A stretch of 34,850 nucleotides of DNA from a virus (lineage: Duplodnaviria; Caudoviricetes): IMG/VR virus record IMGVR_UViG_3300048852_000016, positions 1-34,850 of that record; one strand, written 5' to 3'. The position numbers were made by a program, and so were the translations under genes. A model generated the notes under the pieces. That model was not told the origin of the DNA. It ran no database searches and was given only the letters and a program-made list of their open reading frames with translations. Below, piece by piece: positions 27,783-34,850 of this stretch; within the stretch, counting starts at the first letter, position 1; every line of letters starts with the position of its first letter.

Positions 27783-28300
27783 TGCGAATCGCGGGCTTTG
27801 AATTCTCAGAAGGCGCCCGCTTCCAGTCGGGAGCACATCCGGACGCTAACGTGGTTGGGCGTCACATCGAAATGCTACGGGAGAAGTTTAAGGGGGAAAT
27901 CACGCCTCAGGACATTCTCGAGGATGCTAGGCACGATAACTCCCCGCTCCACTCGTTCTTCGAGTGGGACGACAGCGCTGCCGCCGAACACTATAGGCTG
28001 CAGCAGGCCAGAGGGCTTATTCGAGCGGTTGTTGCTGTCTATGTTCGCGACGACAAGCCTGCAGTGCGGACGAGGGCATACGTCCATGTTCCGGAACCAT
28101 CGGCTCCTCACTACCGAGAAGCTACTCACGCTATGTCTCAGGCAAAGACCAGAAAGATGGTCCTCGACCGCGCCATGAACGAGCTGCGAGCTTGGAAAGC
28201 AAAGTACCGAGACCTTGAAGAGTTCGCGGCACTGGTCAAGATCATCGACACGGTCGAAGAAGACTTCCCCCGGTCACTAGAGAAGATCGGCAGGAACTAA
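27779..28300 (+). CDS. Hypothetical phage protein, partner of Cas7-like gene
   Basis: ATGA-coupled; ITPQDILEDAR..NSPLHSFFEWDD..AA..YRLQQAR.LI motif. Confidence 0.75.
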   Translation: MMRIAGFEFSEGARFQSGAHPDANVVGRHIEMLREKFKGEITPQDILEDARHDNSPLHSFFEWDDSAAAEHYRLQQARGLIRAVVAVYVRDDKPAVRTRAYVHVPEPSAPHYREATHAMSQAKTRKMVLDRAMNELRAWKAKYRDLEEFAALVKIIDTVEEDFPRSLEKIGRN

Positions 28301-28306
28301 AGGCGG

Positions 28307-28477
28307 AACCGGATGCCCGTCCGGTTGGCAAGGATCATGGTAGGGCAGGCAAGTTCAGGTTGGGTAAGGCTAGGTTCGGTGGGTTGCGGTTTGGCTGGCA
28401 AGGCCAGCTTAGGTGGGGCGCGTATGGGCATGGCAGGGCACGTTCTGGTACGTGCCGCCGACCATCTGGTGGCGGGC
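28307..28477 (+). ncRNA. Putative guide-like ncRNA: 5' hairpin, GGY-NN pentamer array, 3' hairpin
   Basis: Hairpin AACCGGAT-gccc-GTCCGGTT (28307-28326); 21 pentamer units 28348-28451 all starting with G, 16 with GGY; hairpin CCGCC..ACC-atct-GGT-GGCGG (28455-28475). Confidence 0.7.
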
Positions 28478-29130
28478 TATATCCGGAGCATGTCCGAACG
28501 CCAAAGCGCTATGCGGTCAGACGGCACGGCTGGCTCGAAGGCGTTGATGATATCATGATGTACGGAGGCGAGTTCAGCGACTGACTGAAGGTTCAAGCTG
28601 TACCCAACATGCTCTCCATTGATAAAAAACAGGAATTTGTCTCCCATTCTCACGCGCCCTCCCATCATGGTAGTGCCTGGGCCTCCGATAGATACAGTTC
28701 CCAAGTGTAGCCCACCGGTCAGTTGGTTCTTAGCTTGCGCTTGAGGATCCTTGTAAAGTTCTCCGTCGTGGGCAATGGCGTGCCGGAGATCCTGCCATTT
28801 TGGAAAGGCTTTGTTGAAGCGTTTACCGGCTTGACGCCTTTTTTTATGATCGACTAGATCTCTAACAGTGGGAATGCCATTCAGATTTGTCACGAGGTTT
28901 TCGAGCGTGCATCCAAAGTGGTAAATGGTCATTGCCGCGTCTCGCGCAGGGATCCAGGTCCAGTCTCTGATCCCCGCCGCAGCTTCTGCCCAATCCCTGC
29001 AGAAACAGTAGAGCGAAAGCGCGTTACGGAAGTCTTTCTGATAGCTCTTGAGCCTAGAAAGGTGAAAGTCGAGCAGCTTCGCTGACTCACTTTCATCCCT
29101 TGTGGAGTTATAGAAATCATAGAAGTGCAT
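28477..29130 (-). CDS. Hypothetical protein (AT-richer moron)
   Basis: 217 aa ORF; IPARDAAMTIYHF...F...FP....LRHAIAH (RxxxxH, HEPN-like). Confidence 0.65.
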   Translation of the reverse strand: MHFYDFYNSTRDESESAKLLDFHLSRLKSYQKDFRNALSLYCFCRDWAEAAAGIRDWTWIPARDAAMTIYHFGCTLENLVTNLNGIPTVRDLVDHKKRRQAGKRFNKAFPKWQDLRHAIAHDGELYKDPQAQAKNQLTGGLHLGTVSIGGPGTTMMGGRVRMGDKFLFFINGEHVGYSLNLQSVAELASVHHDIINAFEPAVPSDRIALWRSDMLRI

Positions 29131-29203
29131 TAGTACCCGCCAGCCCTATCCGTTGACTTCAAGCTGAGGCAGATTGCTTGAAAGGACTAGGGGAGGGAAG
29201 CCC

Positions 29204-29398
29204 CTATTCCACCTTCTTGTCCCTAACCGCCAACACCGACTTCAGCATCCGCGACATGTCCGGCTTCTCACCATCCCCGTTGCAGAGAATGCAAGGCATG
29301 CCGGCCGCACCGCAGCCGCATGCCTTCGGGCCGTTCCACGGTCTGTTGCAGTGGGCTTCACATACCCAGCCCGTGTTGTCGCAGGTCTCGCAATCCAT
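29204..29398 (-). CDS. Small Cys-rich zinc-binding hypothetical protein
   Basis: MDCETCDNTGWVCEAH..RPW....CGCGAAGMPCILCN. Confidence 0.6.
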   Translation of the reverse strand: MDCETCDNTGWVCEAHCNRPWNGPKACGCGAAGMPCILCNGDGEKPDMSRMLKSVLAVRDKKVE

Positions 29399-29446
29399 CG
29401 GCTGAGCATAGCCGAAGACTGACCATCCGAAAATCAGGAGATTGAC

Positions 29447-30652
29447 ATGAACCGAGCCGCGTTCTTCGCGAGCCTGCGATCCCGCATGTCTGGAGTCTTC
29501 GGCACATCGCTGAAGAAGACCCAGGTGCAAGGCATCGAGGCAATCATTGATGAAGCTGAGCGTCGAGGCACCCCGCTGAAGGATCTCTCCTACATCCTCG
29601 CGACGGTCTATCATGAGACAGGGGACAAGATGCAGCCGGTGGAGGAGAACCTTCGCTACTCGGCAAAGCGTCTGACCCAGGTGTGGCCGTCTCGCTTCCC
29701 GACTCTTGGCAGCGCCAAGCCCTATGCCAACAACCCGAAGGCGCTCGCCAACAAGGTCTATGGTGGCCGACTGGGCAACCACCTCCCGAATGATGGGTGG
29801 GACATGCGCGGGCGCGGCCTTCCGCAGATCACTGGCCGGGAGAACTATGAAAAGTTCGGCATCGCCGGAAATCCTGATGAGGCGCTGAAGATGGATGTGG
29901 CTGTCCGCATCACCTTTGACGGCATGACCAAGGGTCTCTTCACCGGCAAGAAGCTCTCCGACTACTCGAGCTATGGCCCGATGCGGGCGATCGTCAACGC
30001 TGACGGCAAGACCAACGGCGCGAAGATTGCCAAGCAAGCGCAGGCATTCGAAGCGGCGCTCGTCGCGGGTGGATACGCCGCCACGGTGACGGAACGCGCT
30101 CCTGCGCCTCCTGTGGCGGAAACTGAGGCACCGAAGGGAAGGACCGACGCTGTCACCATCCGCGTGGTTCAGGAACGGCTCAAGGAGCTTGGCTATTCCG
30201 AGGTGGGCACCCCAGACAGCAAGATGGGCAAGTTCACCCGCACGGCCATCCTCGCCTTCAAGAACGAGAACGACATCGCTCCCATCAACGACGTGATCGA
30301 CCAGGCCTTTCTCGATGCTCTCGACACGGCCAAGCCTCGCAACCTTCCGCGTGAGGATGCCACCGCTGAGACCGTCCGGAAGAACGCTACGGAGGTCCGG
30401 ACGAACTGGCTGATCAAGATCGGAGCGCTGGCGGCCGGCATCCCCGCGGCGATCGGTGGTCTGCTCGATGGAGTGGTCGGCAACCTTGGCTTTGCTCGTG
30501 AGACTATCAAGCCGCTGAAGGACATGTTCTCCGACATCCCGTCGGAGGTTTGGCTGATCGCCGTGGCTGTCATTGCCGGTGGAACATACCTGGTGGCCCG
30601 CAAGGGCGAGCAGAAAGGCGTTGATGCATTCAGGGCAGGGGAGCGGCGCTGA
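29447..30652 (+). CDS. Endolysin: GH19-like catalytic domain, peptidoglycan-binding domain, C-terminal TM segments
   Basis: YILAT.YHET, ENLRYSA.RL..VWPSRF, RGRG.PQITGRENY; VQERLKELGY..G..D..MG..TR.AI.AF; two hydrophobic C-terminal helices. Confidence 0.85.
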   Translation: MNRAAFFASLRSRMSGVFGTSLKKTQVQGIEAIIDEAERRGTPLKDLSYILATVYHETGDKMQPVEENLRYSAKRLTQVWPSRFPTLGSAKPYANNPKALANKVYGGRLGNHLPNDGWDMRGRGLPQITGRENYEKFGIAGNPDEALKMDVAVRITFDGMTKGLFTGKKLSDYSSYGPMRAIVNADGKTNGAKIAKQAQAFEAALVAGGYAATVTERAPAPPVAETEAPKGRTDAVTIRVVQERLKELGYSEVGTPDSKMGKFTRTAILAFKNENDIAPINDVIDQAFLDALDTAKPRNLPREDATAETVRKNATEVRTNWLIKIGALAAGIPAAIGGLLDGVVGNLGFARETIKPLKDMFSDIPSEVWLIAVAVIAGGTYLVARKGEQKGVDAFRAGERR

Positions 30653-30894
30653 TGTTCTCCTCTCCTCGCATCATCGGCTTTGCCGCCATCCTCATCACCC
30701 TCGCGCTCCTTGCCGGCTGGATCTGGAACAAGGCCGGCGACGACGCTCTCAACAAGATCGAAAGGCAGAACAATGAAGCCGCTCAACGTGCTGATGAAGG
30801 CGCTCTTGATTATGACGCCTGCCGCGATGCTGGTCGGGTGTGGAGTTTCGGGACCGGGAAATGTGGCGGGCCTTCGGTCGGTGGTCGGGACTGA
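30652..30894 (+). CDS. Putative i-spanin (Rz-like)
   Basis: N-terminal TM, short coiled periplasmic part with two Cys; follows endolysin. Confidence 0.6.
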   Translation: MFSSPRIIGFAAILITLALLAGWIWNKAGDDALNKIERQNNEAAQRADEGALDYDACRDAGRVWSFGTGKCGGPSVGGRD

Positions 30895-31018
30895 CCTCCT
30901 CGGCGCTCGTGGCGCGACTGACGCTGACCAGCGGAAGATCGATCGAACCGTCGTCCGTCTCTGCTCTGGGGCGGTCTACACGCGCAAGGACTGCGCACGA
31001 CATGATGAAGCCAGTTGA
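30794..31018 (+). CDS. Putative o-spanin lipoprotein (Rz1-like), overlapping
   Basis: MKALLIMTPAAMLVG-C lipobox in +1 frame overlapping the 3' part of the i-spanin candidate. Confidence 0.6.
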   Translation: MKALLIMTPAAMLVGCGVSGPGNVAGLRSVVGTDLLGARGATDADQRKIDRTVVRLCSGAVYTRKDCARHDEAS

Positions 31019-31030
31019 GGGCAGGGACTG

Positions 31031-31351
31031 ATGCAGGAAGACACCACGGCCCGGCGCCTCGACGGTATCGAGCGAAACGCAAGCGACCTCGCCCGAACCG
31101 CCACTGTCATGATGGAAGAGATGACGCTTCTCAAGGGCCGGGTACGGGAGCTCGAAGAGCATCATCAGGATTACCGCGTGAGAACCGCGGCTGAAGCAGA
31201 GCGGGACAAGGCATTGCAGTCAGACATCTCCAACATCAAAGACGACATCAAATCCATCAAGAGCCTCGGGAAATCCTTCCTCACAACGTTCATCAGCGCG
31301 ATCATCCTCGCGTTCGTCGCGTTCCTCATCAAGGGCGGGTTATCGCCATGA
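31031..31351 (+). CDS. Holin-like protein (coiled coil plus C-terminal TM)
   Basis: Coiled coil then FISAIILAFVAFLIKGGL; in lysis cassette. Confidence 0.5.
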   Translation: MQEDTTARRLDGIERNASDLARTATVMMEEMTLLKGRVRELEEHHQDYRVRTAAEAERDKALQSDISNIKDDIKSIKSLGKSFLTTFISAIILAFVAFLIKGGLSP

Positions 31352-31773
31352 GCAAGCACCTGGCATTCCTCGGGCTCTACCTCTCGTCCGTCATGGTGGC
31401 GATGATGGGGTTCTTCACCATCGGCCCGGAGCTGGAGACGAGGCTCTGGCCGGCCTATGGAAAGTTCCGGCTCGTGTCCGTTGAAGCTAGCGGCGACGGT
31501 CTTTCGCGGGCCGTGTTTGATTTTGAGAAGAAGCGTGAATGCACGCCCGCCGGGTTCGCTTGGTTCAATGGCGAGCTCGGCAGTAGCTACCAGATCGTTG
31601 ACTACGAGGTCGAGGGGCCGGGAGGCAACGGGGTTCGGCGTCCTGTTGGGTTCCACCGCTCCAGCCCATACCTGATCGAGGCAACGCCCGACGATGTACG
31701 GACGCGCCTGCTGGGGGAGATCTACTCGAGGTGTCATCCGTTCTGGGTCACTCGCTCCGAGGTATACCCATAG
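31348..31773 (+). CDS. Hypothetical membrane-anchored phage protein
   Basis: N-terminal TM; FEKKREC...CHPFW; ATGA-coupled. Confidence 0.6.
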   Translation: MSKHLAFLGLYLSSVMVAMMGFFTIGPELETRLWPAYGKFRLVSVEASGDGLSRAVFDFEKKRECTPAGFAWFNGELGSSYQIVDYEVEGPGGNGVRRPVGFHRSSPYLIEATPDDVRTRLLGEIYSRCHPFWVTRSEVYP

Positions 31774-32010
31774 CGGCCAGCTGAGCGTCCCACGCCTCCT
31801 CGACCACCTTGGCGGCTTCGGCTGCTGTCAGCTCCCATCCTGCGTTGGGCTGCCGGGCCCTGCCGCCTTTGCAATATCGTCTACAGCGGACTTTGGTCGC
31901 ATGTCGTCACTGCCGTTGGTCCTACTGCGATTGGCATTGGGCCCCAGTCCCTAGGAAATTACCTCCTCGCGACCAAGATGCGTAACATCAATGGAAAAAG
32001 GAGGAATTCA

Positions 32011-32550
32011 ATGAAACGGACGTCACACGGGTTGATTCTAGTTTCCGCAGTCGCTGCCCTTACGTTTGCAATCCCCGTAGCTGGAGAGTTCAGCTTCTCC
32101 AGTGCCGCGCTTGCTAAGGATGGAGGCGGGAACGGAGGCGGGAACGGAGGCGGGAACAGTGGAGGGAACGGAGGCGGCAACGGTGGAGGGAACGGAAACT
32201 CTGCATCTGAGAACGGCCGATCGTCTTCATCGAAAGACGCCCGAGATAGTCGTGGGAGAGGTGAGGCACGCGGGTCATCTGCGAAAGCAGACACTGCCCG
32301 GGCCAACGATCTTGGCGCGCTTAATGCCGCTCACGCTTCTCCGAGAGCGCGAGAACGCGCTGCACCAGATTCGGCTGTGGGAAAGATCGCTTCCTATGAG
32401 CGGGAGAGGAACGAGGCGCTCAGAATTTCCGACCCAGTCTTACGCGAAGAGGCCCTCGCGGACGCCGTATCAGAGCTTGAAGACGCGTTCGGCCGTGATC
32501 TGACCGCTCGCGAAATCCGTGAGATAGATGCGCTTCTGGCGCAAAGATAG
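32011..32550 (+). CDS. Secreted Gly/Asn-rich hypothetical protein
   Basis: GAGGA RBS, signal peptide ending AALA-K, (GGGN)n, LGALNAAHAS...SAVGKIASY. Confidence 0.7.
   Translation: MKRTSHGLILVSAVAALTFAIPVAGEFSFSSAALAKDGGGNGGGNGGGNSGGNGGGNGGGNGNSASENGRSSSSKDARDSRGRGEARGSSAKADTARANDLGALNAAHASPRARERAAPDSAVGKIASYERERNEALRISDPVLREEALADAVSELEDAFGRDLTAREIREIDALLAQR
32122..32193 (+). repeat. 12-bp tandem repeat GGAGGCGGGAAC (coding GGGN)
   Basis: Three exact plus three degenerate copies. Confidence 0.8.
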
Positions 32551-32751
32551 CTCCGTCTCCGCAGTTCCATGTTGCTTTGATTGCTCCAACAACAGCCCGG
32601 CTCAAGGATGTGCCAGGCTGTTGGTGTTAGCACGACCGACGCTCGGGACGAGCCTAGTGGGCGGAGGCTATTCAGTTTATCGGCTGTGAACGAGATCGAG
32701 CACAGCGGCCGGTCAGCGCATTGCTTCGCCGCTGCTGTCCAGCGGCTCCAA

Positions 32752-33036
32752 CTACTCAACCGCGCCAACTTGCGTCTTCTCTTTGACGAGCGCCTCCTGA
32801 ATTTCCTGCTGCCCATTAAGCACAGGCAGAAGAACGTCCATCGTCAGTGTCTCCAGCCGAGCTTCATACAGCGTGATCGGTGCTAACACCTCGTGATCTT
32901 CACCATCCAAAGCTTGGCCGCGTATCAACTCGCGACGATGTTCCGTAGCCTCGATAACTGCTTGCTCCAAAGTTAAGCAAAACGCGAGCAGGTTGTCGAA
33001 CCCCGGAGCTATCTGGAAGGCGAAAAGTGTGGTCAT
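32752..33036 (-). CDS. Hypothetical protein
   Basis: 94 aa ORF with globular-looking composition. Confidence 0.5.
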   Translation of the reverse strand: MTTLFAFQIAPGFDNLLAFCLTLEQAVIEATEHRRELIRGQALDGEDHEVLAPITLYEARLETLTMDVLLPVLNGQQEIQEALVKEKTQVGAVE

Positions 33037-33276
33037 CTACGAGTCCATGTTGAGCCGAACCAATTCTACCAATTCACGAGCGGCAGAGTAACTAGCAAAA
33101 CTGGTAGATGCCGCGGTTAAGGAGACCAGTTGGGGATCGCGGGCTAGTCCGGGAATGCACAGGCGGGGCCTGCGCCCTCGCGATCAGCCGATAATTGCAG
33201 ACTGCCAGGTTATTTCTTCCCGCGTCGTCCGTTGGACTCCCCCAATCCCGCTCTACTTAAATGGAAATGGAGCCGC

Positions 33277-33468
33277 ATGACCGACGCTGAATCTACACCT
33301 CGGAAACCATCCCTGCTCGAGAAAAGAGCGATCACTGATGCAGTCGCCCAAGCCATCATCGATCAAGAGGTTTTAGAGCGGGAAAAGAAGACCGAGCGCT
33401 TGCGGGCGCTGCGCCTAGCGCAGGAAGCTACCACTCCCGTGAAGGCACCAAGGCGGAAGCGCAAGTAG
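33277..33468 (+). CDS. Small basic hypothetical protein
   Basis: GGAG RBS; AIIDQE...REKKTERLRALRLAQEA motif typical of small Rhizobiales proteins. Confidence 0.65.
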   Translation: MTDAESTPRKPSLLEKRAITDAVAQAIIDQEVLEREKKTERLRALRLAQEATTPVKAPRRKRK

Positions 33469-33696
33469 GCTTGGCGAAGCCACTGTGCTGCGCTGGCTTC
33501 TCCCGCGGTAAGCATGAAAAAGCCCGTCAGGGGGAACGGGCTTTTTCGGTTGATATGATCGGACTGGAGATCCTGCTCTAGAAACCCTGGACGGCAGCAT
33601 AGGTTCCGCAATGACAACTCCGAGCAGGCCCGTTACGTACTCAGCCCTGTTTGCAGCCCGCACTAGTTCCGACACTAAATCGGCTACGGCGCTCAT
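33415..33696 (-). pseudogene. Truncated third paralog of the ELxRAA family
   Basis: MSAVADLVSELVRAAN start with AAGGAGG RBS, then similarity is lost and the frame runs through the terminator. Confidence 0.45.
33517..33546. terminator. Bidirectional intrinsic terminator
   Basis: AAAAAGCCCGT-loop-ACGGGCTTTTT between convergent genes. Confidence 0.8.
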
Positions 33697-34009
33697 TGTG
33701 TCCTCCTTCCGTCAAGCTCGCATCCCTCGCGTCCAGCACGATCTTGATGATGCGGAGCATGTGAGCGGCATCCAGCAGGAGCCCTCTGATGTAGTCGTCG
33801 GTGAGCTGGTTGATCATCTCGGAGCCGGCGAAAAGATCGATAGCCGTGTCACTTCGAGACTTCGACGGGTGGAAGCCCACCTCTTCTCGACCATTGAGGA
33901 TTGCGGAGTAGGCGCGGAGGAGAAGGCTTCGCTTGTAGTCGTTCGAAAAGCGCTGAACCTCATCCGCTGCGCGGATCAGTTCGGCAATCATCTCGGAGAT
34001 CGCGGTCAA
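33641..34009 (-). CDS. Hypothetical protein (ELxRAA paralog 2)
   Basis: MTAISEMIAELIRAADEV...LLDAAHMLR. Confidence 0.65.
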   Translation of the reverse strand: MTAISEMIAELIRAADEVQRFSNDYKRSLLLRAYSAILNGREEVGFHPSKSRSDTAIDLFAGSEMINQLTDDYIRGLLLDAAHMLRIIKIVLDARDASLTEGGHNERRSRFSVGTSAGCKQG

Positions 34010-34326
34010 TTCGTCGCCCCTCCGCCAGTTTGGATCTCCGCCCCCGTACTAAGCTCGGTGTGCGAATTCCCGATCATACCAGCCGCGTCTAGCAGTGCGG
34101 CTTTAACCTGGTCGCGAGCCTCTTCACCACGCATGACTCGTCCTTGAACTGCCTGAAGGTAGGCCACCGCCTCTAACGACCTCTTTCTCCGCCCTCGGGG
34201 TCCACGCATGTCGCGGATTGTCGTCATCGCCTCATCGAGCAGGCGGGCCATCTCGTAAGAGTCAAGTGTCTCAACGTCGTCTGCGGCTCGCACGAGCTCC
34301 GCAATAAGGTCAGTCGTGCTGCTCAC
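34006..34326 (-). CDS. Hypothetical protein (ELxRAA paralog 1)
   Basis: MSSTTDLIAELVRAADDV...LLDAAGMI. Confidence 0.65.
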   Translation of the reverse strand: MSSTTDLIAELVRAADDVETLDSYEMARLLDEAMTTIRDMRGPRGRRKRSLEAVAYLQAVQGRVMRGEEARDQVKAALLDAAGMIGNSHTELSTGAEIQTGGGATN

Positions 34327-34534
34327 TATCTACCCCCGGTACCGCACTCGCCGTCTGATTAAGCCGAACGAGATATTGTATCGCACGTTTCTCAGTGATC
34401 CCGTACATGATGCGGGCTTCGTTACCTTGCATCGGCATCGTGTCAAACACGGTCCAAGTACCGTCTGCTTCTTCGCGCATTTGATAGCGTGGCACTGACA
34501 TTGCAGCCATGAGCGTTCCTTCGATCCTCGACAT
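34310..34534 (-). CDS. Small hypothetical protein (start uncertain)
   Basis: RYQMREEADGTWTVFD...L..LN motif. Confidence 0.55.
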   Translation of the reverse strand: MSRIEGTLMAAMSVPRYQMREEADGTWTVFDTMPMQGNEARIMYGITEKRAIQYLVRLNQTASAVPGVDSEQHD

Positions 34535-34723
34535 GTTGAAACAGGGCCGGGCGGCCTGTCCAGCAGTATTTCTCGGTCTAGGTCATGGGCTGCAGATTCC
34601 GTGGATCGCCCCGCTGATCAAGCGGGTCCGGAACCTCTCATGAACAAGTTTTGCAAAACGCGAAGGAAAGACTGCAAAACATCCTCTTGCATTTCGCCCG
34701 TAAGCCGTTGAGAAAGCTTGAAC

Positions 34724-34808
34724 GCGGACGTGGCGAAACTGGTAGACGCAAGGGACTTAAAATCCCTCGGCTTCGGTCATGCGGGTTCGAGCCCCGCCGT
34801 CCGCACCA
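34724..34808 (+). tRNA. tRNA-Leu (anticodon TAA)
   Basis: Acceptor GCGGACG/CGTCCGC, D arm TGGCGAAACTGGTAGACGCA, anticodon arm AGGGA-CTTAAAA-TCCCT, long variable arm, GGTTCGA, encoded CCA. Confidence 0.97.
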
Positions 34809-34850
34809 GTACCACGACCGCACGCTCGCAGCCGCGCTACTGGCGCCAGA

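Larger units (their letters stand above)
1..34723 (+). mobile_element. Siphovirus-type prophage, late region and right end (left part outside window)
   Basis: Ordered terS-terL-portal-scaffold-capsid-connectors-tube-chaperones-TMP-tip-fibres-lysis; no sheath gene; ends next to a tRNA. Confidence 0.9.

Noticed and set aside
28323-28451. CRISPR array, microsatellite or simple G-quadruplex
   Set aside because: No 25-40 nt repeats with spacers, and units differ at the NN positions. A two-tier G4 is possible but does not explain the fixed phase, the Y preference or the GTT/GCT variants that keep register
28313-28584. ORFs 28313-28558 and 28360-28584 over the GGY tract
   Set aside because: Their Gly/Trp/Arg-rich translations are by-products of a 5-nt G-rich periodicity that rarely yields stops, and they overlap the convergent gene
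32122-32193. G-rich repeat as a second guide array
   Set aside because: 12-bp in-frame period encoding GGGN inside a signal-peptide ORF
34638-34823. 61-aa minus-strand ORF
   Set aside because: Antisense to the tRNA-Leu gene

Overview
Late (morphogenesis and lysis) half of a siphovirus-type prophage in a GC-rich alphaproteobacterium (Rhizobiaceae-like gene content). It runs from the terminase genes through head, tail, two receptor-binding proteins and a lysis cassette to a tRNA-Leu(TAA) at the right end. The prophage looks packaging-defective: terL has a large internal deletion with a frameshift, and a head-tail adaptor carries an amber stop. The tail and lysis genes look intact, and several morons interrupt the head module. 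The most notable region is an accessory island between tailspike and endolysin (about 23.9-29.4 kb). There an XRE regulator faces a divergent operon that ends in a stand-alone Cas7/RAMP-like gene (27123-27782), a partner gene (27779-28300) and a hairpin-flanked non-coding tract with strict 5-nt GGY-NN periodicity (28323-28451). No CRISPR array or other cas genes are present in the window. This is a candidate phage-encoded RNA-guided system whose guide information lies in the variable dinucleotides. All protein calls are by eye from motifs and synteny; no searches were run.
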